Positions 19,106 to 27,444 of a stretch of DNA of 32,000 nt are shown here, piece by piece (position 1 is the stretch's first letter; every line of letters starts with the position of its first letter). The position numbers and the translations under genes were made by a program. The notes beneath the pieces are model-generated. The model was not told the origin of the DNA. It worked only from the letters and a program-made list of their open reading frames with translations, and made no database searches. This DNA is from Candidatus Saccharimonadota bacterium (GTDB lineage Bacteria > Bacteroidota > Bacteroidia > Flavobacteriales > Blattabacteriaceae). The stretch covers positions 30,001-62,000 of the forward strand of contig NZ_CP059216.1 of assembly GCF_014252315.1 (NCBI RefSeq). Reading direction: 5' to 3'.

Positions 19106-20580
19106 ATAATTTTTTTGAAAAAAAAATTTTTACAGAAAAATATCATCCTAAAGAATTAGAAGAAATAATAGGCCAAAACAAAATTATTTTTAATTTGAAA
19201 AAAATAATTAAAAATAATAAGTGTATACCCAATTTTTTATTCTTTTTTGGAAAATCAGGAGTAGGAAAAAATGTTTGTGCAAACATTTTAGCTAAAAAAT
19301 TAAATAATAAATTTTCTATACTAGAAAATAATATTAAATTAATAGAATTTTATAATGAATTAGAAAATTCATATGATATAGAAAAAACATTAAAAAAATT
19401 TTTATTTCATAATAATATAAATGTATTTGTAATTAATAAATTAAATTCAATTCCTTCACGTTTTTTTATAATAACTGAAATAATAACAAAAATTGTAATT
19501 AAAAATATATTATTTATAATTTGTGATGAAAATAAAAAAAATATTCCAAATTATATTTTAAAATATTCATATATTTTTAATTTTAAAAAAATATCTGTGA
19601 AAGATATTTTTTTTCATATTAAAATGATTTCTGAAAAAGAAAATATAAAAATAGATAAAGAAGCTTTATTAATAATATCACAATATGCAGATGGATCAAT
19701 TGGAAATGCTATTACTTTATTTAACAAAATTATTACAGATAACAATAAAAAAATAATTACTAAAAATTTAGTAATAAATGAATTAAAATTAATTGATACA
19801 AAATTTTATTTTAAATTAATAGATTATTTATTAGATAACAAAATACATGATATATTAATAATGATAAAAAATATTTTTTATCAAAAAAATAAAAATCCTC
19901 ATGATTTTATAAATGGATTAAAAAAATATATAAAAAATTTATTATTATATAAAAAAAATAATAAAATTTTTATGATAGGAAATTATAATAAATATTTAAT
20001 TAATTATTATGAAATTCAATCAAAAAATATATCTTTTTTTATTTTAAATAAAATATTAAATATGTGTTTTAATATAGAACATATATTATATTCTTATCAT
20101 TATAATGATAACATTATTAATTCAATAATTGAAACAAATATAATTAGTTTATCAACTTTTTTTTCTTTATATAAAGAAAAAAAAGTTGATAAAAATATAT
20201 TAAATAAAGAATTTTTTATTATACAAAATAATATAAATTTTATTTCAGAATATTGGAAAAAATTTATTACTGACAATTATAAAAATACAACAATAATTGA
20301 TAAATTTATAAATAAAACTAAAATTGAAATATCAAATAATAAAATTATTATAATAATTCCAAATATAGATATAGAAAATAATAATTTATCATTAATTAAT
20401 GAAAATTTTATAAAATTTTTTGAAAAAAAAATATATAATATAATTTCAAATATTAAAATTATAAATAGAAAAAAACTTGATGAAAATGAAACTAAAAAAA
20501 ATAAATATAAAATTTTATATAAAAAAAATAAATTTATAGACTCTTTAATAAAAAGATTAAATCTAAAAAATATTCATTAA
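19102..20580 (+). CDS. dnaX: DNA polymerase III clamp-loader AAA+ subunit, DnaX (gamma/tau)-like, with degenerate ATPase motifs
   Basis: N-terminus KYHPKELEEIIGQ...FLFFFGKSGVGKN matches the DnaX KYRP...GQ...GxxGxGKT pattern. A gapless alignment to the Walker B/sensor/SRC region is possible, but with DE->NK and SRC->KYS. Confidence 0.65.
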   Translation: MNNFFEKKIFTEKYHPKELEEIIGQNKIIFNLKKIIKNNKCIPNFLFFFGKSGVGKNVCANILAKKLNNKFSILENNIKLIEFYNELENSYDIEKTLKKFLFHNNINVFVINKLNSIPSRFFIITEIITKIVIKNILFIICDENKKNIPNYILKYSYIFNFKKISVKDIFFHIKMISEKENIKIDKEALLIISQYADGSIGNAITLFNKIITDNNKKIITKNLVINELKLIDTKFYFKLIDYLLDNKIHDILIMIKNIFYQKNKNPHDFINGLKKYIKNLLLYKKNNKIFMIGNYNKYLINYYEIQSKNISFFILNKILNMCFNIEHILYSYHYNDNIINSIIETNIISLSTFFSLYKEKKVDKNILNKEFFIIQNNINFISEYWKKFITDNYKNTTIIDKFINKTKIEISNNKIIIIIPNIDIENNNLSLINENFIKFFEKKIYNIISNIKIINRKKLDENETKKNKYKILYKKNKFIDSLIKRLNLKNIH

Positions 20581-20581
20581 T

Positions 20582-20610
20582 AAAAATAAATTTAAATTAA
20601 ATTTATTTTT
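20582..20610 (+). terminator. Perfect 29-nt A/T-only palindrome immediately after the dnaX stop; possible weak intrinsic terminator
   Basis: AAAAATAAATTTAAATTAAATTTATTTTT is its own reverse complement (14-nt arms, checked base by base) and starts 2 nt after the TAA at 20578-20580. It contains no G/C pairs, so the hairpin would be weak. Confidence 0.3.
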
Positions 20611-20910
20611 ATTAATTATTACGTAAAAATATCTTTATTTATTATAATTTATTATTATTCATCAAATAATAAAAAAAAATTTATTATTTCACTATTAATT
20701 CAAATGAAGATATTATAAATGATAATTCTAATTTTATATAATACAAAAAAAATAATTCATTATTAATAGGAGTATATCCTAAATATATTGGTCATAAAAA
20801 TTAAGGTAAATTAATAAAAATTGAAAAAAAAAGTATTTAATAATTAATATGTAGTTAGATCTTTAAAAAAAGGTATACATAAATTTTATCAAAGATACAT
20901 TGTAAAAAAA

Positions 20911-21579
20911 ATGATATACAAACGATCATTAAAAAAAAATAAATTATACAAAAAAATAAAAATTATTGAAAAAATACTAAATTTTTTATATCCATATCCA
21001 AAAATTAATTTATATTATATTAATGAATATACTTTATTAATATCTATTATTCTTACTTCAAGAAGTAAAGAAAAAAAAGTAAACGAAGTAACAAAAAAAA
21101 TTTTTAATAAAATTAAATCTCCTTACGATATTGTCTCTCTTTCTTTAAAAGAAATAAAAAATTTAATAAAAGAAATAGGTCTTTATAATAAAAAAGCTAA
21201 TAACATTTTTAATTTATCCAAAATATTAATAGATAAATTTAATTGTATTATTCCCAAAAATATTTCAATATTAAAAAAATTACCAGGAATAGGAAACAAA
21301 ACTGCATCTGTTTTTTTATCTCATATTTCAATAACAAATAAATATGAAGTATTTCCTGTAGATACTCATATTCATAGAATGATGTATAGATGGAGATTAA
21401 GTAATGGTAAAAATATAAATGAAACAGAAAAAAATGTTAAAATTTTTTTTGAAAAAAAAAAATGGAAAAAATTACACTTACAAATTATTCTTTATGGAAG
21501 AGAGTTCTCTCCATATAATAAATTGAATATAAAAAAAGATATAATTCATCAAGAATTATTAAATAATTCTTTACTTTAA
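20911..21579 (+). CDS. nth: Endonuclease III (HhH-GPD DNA glycosylase/AP lyase) lacking Fe-S cluster cysteines
   Basis: The helix-hairpin-helix LPGIGNKTASVFL carries the catalytic Lys, and VDTHIHRM carries the catalytic Asp. The C-terminal HLQIILYGRE block aligns to HxWLILHGR, but the following Cx6Cx2Cx5C positions hold no Cys. Confidence 0.85.
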   Translation: MIYKRSLKKNKLYKKIKIIEKILNFLYPYPKINLYYINEYTLLISIILTSRSKEKKVNEVTKKIFNKIKSPYDIVSLSLKEIKNLIKEIGLYNKKANNIFNLSKILIDKFNCIIPKNISILKKLPGIGNKTASVFLSHISITNKYEVFPVDTHIHRMMYRWRLSNGKNINETEKNVKIFFEKKKWKKLHLQIILYGREFSPYNKLNIKKDIIHQELLNNSLL

Positions 21580-21959
21580 AAAGGTAAATCATCAAAATCA
21601 TCAGATGAAACTTGAGATGATAAGTCAGATGAATTTTTAGAATTTATATTATCTTCTTTAGATATTCCTAAATTTGATAAAGAACTAGATATTCTATCTA
21701 TTCTCCATCCTTGTATAGAATTAAAATATTTTATAATACCTTTAGGATTTTTCCATTCTCTTCCTCTAATATTAATAAAAACTTTTACCTTTTCATTCGG
21801 TTTTATTGACTCTAATAAACTAGTTTTATCCTGTATAAATTCTATTAAAATATCCTGAGGATAAGGATCATCAGTTGTAATTACAATTTCTCTTTTTTTA
21901 AATCCACTTTCAAATTTTTGAATATCAAATATTTTTTTTACTTTACCTACTATTTCCAT
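21576..21959 (-). CDS. DUF3127-like OB-fold protein with an SSB-type acidic C-terminal tip
   Basis: MEIVGKVKKIFDIQKFESGFKKREIVITTDDPYPQDI...IQGWRIDRI resembles the Bacteroidota DUF3127 family as I recall it. A Ser/Asn-rich linker follows, ending in DDFDDLPF, which matches the SSB C-terminal tip consensus D-D-D-I/L-P-F. Confidence 0.7.
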   Translation of the reverse strand: MEIVGKVKKIFDIQKFESGFKKREIVITTDDPYPQDILIEFIQDKTSLLESIKPNEKVKVFINIRGREWKNPKGIIKYFNSIQGWRIDRISSSLSNLGISKEDNINSKNSSDLSSQVSSDDFDDLPF

Positions 21960-21968
21960 AATTATTTT

Positions 21969-22898
21969 TTATTTTTCAATATTATTTTTATTCATATACT
22001 TTCCAATTTTACTAGATACACTAAATGAAGTAATCATATTATTTAACATTTCATTAGCTGATCCTGGTGAATTTGGAATCAATATTAAATTACTATTACT
22101 TCTTTTTCCCATAGATTGAAGAGTATCATAATGTTGAGTAACTACAATTAACGCTGAAGCTTCTTGAGAATTAATTCCTACATTATTCAATACTTCTACA
22201 GAATCTAATATACCCTTAGCAATTTCTCTTCTTTGATCTGCTGTTCCTTTTCCCTGTAATTTTTTACTTTCCGCTTCTGCTTTAGCTTTAGCTATTATTT
22301 TTATTCTTTCAGATTCAGCTTTATATTCAGCAGCTACTTTTTCTCTTTCAGCTGTATTAATACGATTCATAGCTATTTTTACTTGTTCATCAGGATCAAG
22401 ATCTGTAACTAAAGCTTTTATAATAGAATATCCATATTCTGACATTGATTCTTCTAATTCTCCTTTTACAGCAAGAGCTATATGATCTTTTCTTTCAAAA
22501 ACATCATCTAATCTCATTTTAGGAACTTCTGCACGAACTACATCAAATATATAAGATTTAATTTGAGTATTAGAATCATCTAATTTATAAAAAGCTTCAT
22601 AAACTTTATTTTTTATAACTTTAAATTGAACTGATATTTTAACTTTAACAAATACATTATCTTTTGTTTTAGTGTCTATTAAAACATCTAATTGTTGAAT
22701 TTTTAAAGATAATTTACCTTTTATATTGTCCAAAATAGGAATTTTAAAATTTAATCCTGCATAACGAATACTATGATATTTTCCCATTCTTTCTATAATT
22801 GCAGTAGTCTCTTGATTAACTATAAATATAAAACTTGAAAATATATAAAAAAATAAAATTATTAATATTCCGTAAAATAATAAATTAAAAACATCCAT
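21969..22898 (-). CDS. SPFH/band 7 (stomatin/prohibitin-like) membrane protein
   Basis: An N-terminal TM helix is followed by SPFH-domain sequence (ERMGKYHSIRYAGLNFKIP...DVVRAEVPKMRLDDVFE). A coiled-coil follows, rich in the AEREKVAAEYKAESERIKIIAKAKAEAE pattern. Confidence 0.9.
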   Translation of the reverse strand: MDVFNLLFYGILIILFFYIFSSFIFIVNQETTAIIERMGKYHSIRYAGLNFKIPILDNIKGKLSLKIQQLDVLIDTKTKDNVFVKVKISVQFKVIKNKVYEAFYKLDDSNTQIKSYIFDVVRAEVPKMRLDDVFERKDHIALAVKGELEESMSEYGYSIIKALVTDLDPDEQVKIAMNRINTAEREKVAAEYKAESERIKIIAKAKAEAESKKLQGKGTADQRREIAKGILDSVEVLNNVGINSQEASALIVVTQHYDTLQSMGKRSNSNLILIPNSPGSANEMLNNMITSFSVSSKIGKYMNKNNIEK

Positions 22899-22910
22899 AA
22901 AAAAATATTT

Positions 22911-23231
22911 TTATAATAAACCTAATTCTAAACGAGCTTCATCACTCATAAAATCTTTACTCCATGGAGGATCAAAAGTTATATTAACTTTAACTTCTTT
23001 TATTTCTTTAATTGATTTTATTTTTTTTTCTACTTCTATTGGTAAACTTTCTATAACTGGACAATTTGGAGTAGTTAATGTCATAATTATTTTAACTTTA
23101 TTAATAGATGAAATTTGAATATCATAAATTAAACCTAATTCATAAATATCTACCGGAATTTCTGGATCATATATACTTTTTAATGTAGATATAATTTTAT
23201 TTTTTAAATTACTATTATTATCATTATACAT
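22911..23231 (-). CDS. DUF59/SufT-like Fe-S cluster assembly factor
   Basis: IYDPEIPVDIYELGLIYDI and TLTTPNCPV are the typical MIP18/SufT family blocks. Length is 106 aa. Confidence 0.85.
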   Translation of the reverse strand: MYNDNNSNLKNKIISTLKSIYDPEIPVDIYELGLIYDIQISSINKVKIIMTLTTPNCPVIESLPIEVEKKIKSIKEIKEVKVNITFDPPWSKDFMSDEARLELGLL

Positions 23232-23255
23232 TATATTATTATAATTTTCTTTTAA

Positions 23256-24641
23256 TTATATATTTTCTTTTAATAAAACTCCAAATTGATCAACTTGGTT
23301 TATAGGATAACCTAATTTTCTTATAGAAGGTAAAATTTCTTTTAGTTTTCCTACAATCAAAATTATTCCATTATTAGGATTGAAAAATTTTTTACATGTT
23401 TCATATACGTCTTCTAATGTAACTGATTGAATTTTACTTATCAAAGTATCATAAAAATTATAAGGAAGATTATCTTTTTTTTCACAAACAAAAAGTTCGC
23501 TAATTCTTGCAGGATCTTCTAAATCTAATAAAAACTGTCCAATTGTTTCTTTTTTCTTAATTTTTAACTCTTCTAATGAAACTCCTTTTGATACAAAATT
23601 TGATATCTCATCAATTATATCTCTTATTGCATTTTCTGTAACCTCATTACCTACTTGTGTATATGTAGAAATACTACCAATATTTCTATCAGGTTTTAAA
23701 ATAGAACATGCACCATATGTATATGCCTTTTTTTCTCTTAAATTTATAAAAAGACGACTATATGCTCCTTCTCCTAGTATTCCATTTGCTAATATAGCTG
23801 ATATATATAATGGATCATTTTTTCTTAAATTTATTGTTTTTCCAAAACATATACTTGATTGAGTTAAAGAAGGAATATTTACTATATGTATTTTTATCCC
23901 AGAAATTTTTTTTTGTTTTGGTTCATTTTTATATCTATCTATATATGATTTTTTTTTCCATTTAGAAAAATAATTTTTACATAAATATTTAACTTCTTTA
24001 ACAGATATATCTCCCACAAAAGTTATATAAAATCTATTAGGTATATAATATTTCTTATATAATCTCTTTAAATCACGTAGAGTTATTTTTTTTACAGAAT
24101 CAACAGTTTCATATTCTCCATATGGATGATCTTTTCCAAATAATATTATATTTTTTACTCTTTTCAAAATAATATTTGGATCTTTTTCCGATATATGAAT
24201 ATCAGTAATAATTTGTTTTATTGCTTTTTCTAATTCTTCAGAACTATTAAACCTACAATTCATTATAATATCTAATATAATTGATATAGATTTTTCTAAG
24301 TGTCTTTTTAAAGTAGAAATAAATATTTCAGAAAAAGAAGTATGAAAACTTATCCCCATATAATCTACTATATTATCTAATTCTTCTTTAGAACAATTTT
24401 TAGTTCCAGATCTCAACATTTGACCAAAAACTTTTTGTATTCCAGCCTTATTTCCTTCTAGTAATGGAATAGATTCTAATTCTAAAACAACCCTAACTAG
24501 GGGAATTTTATGATTTTCTACTAAAATAACTTTTAATCCATTTTTCATACAAAAATATTTAGGCCTCTTTAATTTTATATTAATATTTCTTTTTAAAGAT
24601 TTAGGAGGTATATCTATATTTTCTTCTGTGTTAATAAGCAT
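23256..24641 (-). CDS. M16 family peptidase-like protein, non-catalytic partner (no HxxEH)
   Basis: The protein is collinear with M16 peptidases, but the zinc-binding position reads GIQKVFGQMLRSGT instead of HxxEH. It lies directly downstream of the catalytic M16 gene. Confidence 0.85.
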   Translation of the reverse strand: MLINTEENIDIPPKSLKRNINIKLKRPKYFCMKNGLKVILVENHKIPLVRVVLELESIPLLEGNKAGIQKVFGQMLRSGTKNCSKEELDNIVDYMGISFHTSFSEIFISTLKRHLEKSISIILDIIMNCRFNSSEELEKAIKQIITDIHISEKDPNIILKRVKNIILFGKDHPYGEYETVDSVKKITLRDLKRLYKKYYIPNRFYITFVGDISVKEVKYLCKNYFSKWKKKSYIDRYKNEPKQKKISGIKIHIVNIPSLTQSSICFGKTINLRKNDPLYISAILANGILGEGAYSRLFINLREKKAYTYGACSILKPDRNIGSISTYTQVGNEVTENAIRDIIDEISNFVSKGVSLEELKIKKKETIGQFLLDLEDPARISELFVCEKKDNLPYNFYDTLISKIQSVTLEDVYETCKKFFNPNNGIILIVGKLKEILPSIRKLGYPINQVDQFGVLLKENI

Positions 24642-24656
24642 TATTATTATAAAATA

Positions 24657-25928
24657 TTATTTTTTTTCTGGTAAATTATATAAACGAACTCTATTATTTT
24701 TAATAAGATATTTACTAGCTACTTTTTGTACATCTTGTATTGTAACTTTTTTAAAGTTATCTATTTCATTATTAATTAAATTAGCATTTTTATAATATAA
24801 ATAATAATGTGATAAATTAGAAGATACTCCACTTATAAAATAATTATCAGAAATAGATTTTCTTTCAAAAAAATTCATTTGTTTATCTAATTCGTATTGA
24901 GTAATACCTTTATCTATTATCATATCAATTTCTTTATCAATTCCTTCTAATAATCTTTCTACTTTAACATTTGGATACAATATTCCATATATAGTAAGCA
25001 TACTATAATCTTCCATAGAATCTAAAAAAGATCCAGCATAAACTGCAATTTGTTTATCATTAACTATATTACTTATTATTCTTGAACTTTCTCCTGAAGA
25101 TAAAATATTATCTATTATTTTTAATGCATAAAAATCTTTATTAATCATTTCTGGAATTCTATAAGATAAAAAAACCCCTGGAACTTTAGTATTTTTATCT
25201 ATATATGTAGTTATTATTTCTTTATTTATAGATTCTTCTTTAGGAATTTCTTTTTTAATTAATTTTTTATTTTTAAAATTTTGTGAAAAATATTTTTTTA
25301 CTAATTCTTTAGCTTCTTCTATCTCAAAATCTCCACTTATAACTAGAATAGCATTACTTGGGATATAATATTTTTCATAAAATTTATTATAATCTTCTTC
25401 TGTTGCATTATCTAAATCTTTGTTAAATCCTATTATTGGATATCTATATGGATGTTTTTTGAATAACAAAGCTGGAATTACTTCCGATAGAGCTTTTATA
25501 TAAGGTTGATTATCAACTCTTGTTTTTTTTTCTTCTTTAATTATTTTCCTTTGTATGTCTATACTTTCTTTATCTACATTAGCATAGTACATTCTCTCTG
25601 ATTCCATCCATAAAGCTAGTGGAAGACAATCAGATGGTAATATTTCATAATAATAAGTTTCATCTTGACTTGTATATGCATTATTTTGTCCTCCGTTAGA
25701 AGCTACATATTTAAAATAATCTCCTTTTTTAATATTTTTTGATCCTTCAAACATAAGATGTTCAAAAAAATGAGCAAACCCAGTTTTTCCAGGATCTTCA
25801 TCTTTACTTCCTACATGATATAGAACAGATGTTGATATTAAAGGATTTGTTTTATCTTGATAATAAAAAACATGTAATCCATTTAATAATTTTTCTTCTA
25901 AAAAAGAAATTTTGTAATTAGATTCCAT
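24657..25928 (-). CDS. M16 family zinc peptidase (pitrilysin-like), catalytic subunit
   Basis: The inverted zinc motif HFFEH (FAHFFEHLMFEGS) is encoded at 25758-25772 on the minus strand. Confidence 0.9.
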   Translation of the reverse strand: MESNYKISFLEEKLLNGLHVFYYQDKTNPLISTSVLYHVGSKDEDPGKTGFAHFFEHLMFEGSKNIKKGDYFKYVASNGGQNNAYTSQDETYYYEILPSDCLPLALWMESERMYYANVDKESIDIQRKIIKEEKKTRVDNQPYIKALSEVIPALLFKKHPYRYPIIGFNKDLDNATEEDYNKFYEKYYIPSNAILVISGDFEIEEAKELVKKYFSQNFKNKKLIKKEIPKEESINKEIITTYIDKNTKVPGVFLSYRIPEMINKDFYALKIIDNILSSGESSRIISNIVNDKQIAVYAGSFLDSMEDYSMLTIYGILYPNVKVERLLEGIDKEIDMIIDKGITQYELDKQMNFFERKSISDNYFISGVSSNLSHYYLYYKNANLINNEIDNFKKVTIQDVQKVASKYLIKNNRVRLYNLPEKK

Positions 25929-26101
25929 AAAATATCAAATTGGTAATTTAAGAAATAATTTATCTATAAATTTAAAAAATAAATTCAAAATTATTTTTTA
26001 AGGATTTTAATTCAATTATTTATAATTAAATGGAGAATTTACAATTTTTTTTACATAAAATATGATATTTTTCATTTTATTTATTCAAATTCAAATTTTT
26101 T

Positions 26102-27421
26102 ATGAAATTGTTTTGTATGAGAAAAATTTTAATTTTTATTTTAATTTTTTATTCTTTTTTATTAGAATCCAAAAATATAGATGGAGATTTTGATAATGGA
26201 AAAAATCTTTTTAAAAAAAATTGTACAGCATGCCATTATATGGATTTAAATAAAAAAATGATAGGTCCAGCTTTATATGGTGTTACAGAAAAAAGAAATA
26301 GAGAATGGTTACACAAATGGATAAAAGATAATAAATCATTAAGAAATAGTGGAGATAAAGATGCTATTGATCTTTACAAAGAATATGGAAATATAGAAAT
26401 GAATTCTTTTCCTCAATTTTCAGAAAAACAAATTGATGATATACTTTTTTTTATAAAAAAATCAAAAAAAGAAAAAGTAAATGAAAATAAAATTAAAATT
26501 AACGAAGAATATGAAAATTTTATATATGAAAGAAAAAATAAATCATTTTTAATAAAAATATTTCTATTATTTTTTAGTATTATTACTTTAATAATACTTT
26601 GGATTTTATATAGAATTTATGTTCTTCATAAATTAATGTATGGTAAACCAAAATATATTACAAGATTACATATAAAAAATTTTTTAATAAAAATTTTATA
26701 TAAAAATTTTCTTGTAAATAAAAAGAAAAATTGGTATTTATTATCTTCTTTTTTAGGAATTATTATCGTATTTAATATATATATGATCTGGTTTTTTTTA
26801 ATGAAAATAGATATTAATAAAGGATATAAACCGATGCAACCTATTTATTTTTCTCATAAAATACATTCTGATATTAATAAAATAGATTGTCAATATTGTC
26901 ATTCTAATGCAAAATATGGAAAAGTAGCTGGAATTCCTACTATTAATGTTTGTATGAGTTGTCATATTACTATTAATGAATACAAAGGAAATTATATTGA
27001 AAAAGGAAAAAATATAAATGATTATAATAAAGAAATAAATAAAATTTACTACACTGCAGGATGGAATAAAGAAAAAATGAAATATACAGATAATGTTCAT
27101 CCTATTAAATGGATTAGAATACATAATATGCCTGATTTTGTTTATTTTGATCATTCTCAACACACAAAAATTGGAGAAAAAACAATTAAAAAATTAAAAA
27201 AAGTAGATATAATTTGTAGTGCATGTCATGGAAATGTTAAAAAAATGGATCAAGTAAAAATGCATGAAGATTTTACAATGGAATGGTGTATTTCTTGTCA
27301 TAGAAATGTTAAAGTTGATATGGATAATCAATATTACAAAGAGTATTATAAAAATAATAACATAAAAAAATCCACTTTAAATGAAATTGGAGGAACTGAA
27401 TGTGCTAAATGCCATTATTAA
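26102..27421 (+). CDS. actA: Alternative complex III subunit ActA, multiheme cytochrome c with an extra N-terminal class I cytochrome c domain
   Basis: There are six CxxCH sites: CTACH (26222-26236), CQYCH, CMSCH, CSACH, CISCH and CAKCH. The N-terminus has a signal peptide, and two internal TM helices separate the domains. The gene lies first in the actABCD order. Confidence 0.85.
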   Translation: MKLFCMRKILIFILIFYSFLLESKNIDGDFDNGKNLFKKNCTACHYMDLNKKMIGPALYGVTEKRNREWLHKWIKDNKSLRNSGDKDAIDLYKEYGNIEMNSFPQFSEKQIDDILFFIKKSKKEKVNENKIKINEEYENFIYERKNKSFLIKIFLLFFSIITLIILWILYRIYVLHKLMYGKPKYITRLHIKNFLIKILYKNFLVNKKKNWYLLSSFLGIIIVFNIYMIWFFLMKIDINKGYKPMQPIYFSHKIHSDINKIDCQYCHSNAKYGKVAGIPTINVCMSCHITINEYKGNYIEKGKNINDYNKEINKIYYTAGWNKEKMKYTDNVHPIKWIRIHNMPDFVYFDHSQHTKIGEKTIKKLKKVDIICSACHGNVKKMDQVKMHEDFTMEWCISCHRNVKVDMDNQYYKEYYKNNNIKKSTLNEIGGTECAKCHY

Positions 27422-27444
27422 CAATATAATATAAAAATTATTTT

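Noticed and set aside
19102-20580. Programmed ribosomal frameshift in dnaX producing a gamma subunit, as occurs at the A AAA AAG site in E. coli.
   Set aside because: The gene is full of A-runs simply because of base composition. I can identify no specific slippery heptamer with a downstream structure or a nearby out-of-frame stop. The claim would be untestable from the sequence alone.
20581-20910. Hidden tRNA, tmRNA, RNase P, 4.5S or other structured RNA in the intergenic regions.
   Set aside because: There are no local G+C-enriched segments and no T-loop-like GTTCGAATC or acceptor-stem complementarity. Structured RNAs in AT-rich symbionts normally stand out as GC islands, and none is visible anywhere in the window.
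25929-26101. Bacteroidota-type promoter elements (TTG at -33 and TAnnTTTG at -7) in the divergent spacer upstream of actA and the M16 gene, and upstream of recA, sucC and nth.
   Set aside because: I searched by eye and found only partial matches, such as TACATTG upstream of nth. Calling promoters would be guesswork in sequence this AT-rich.
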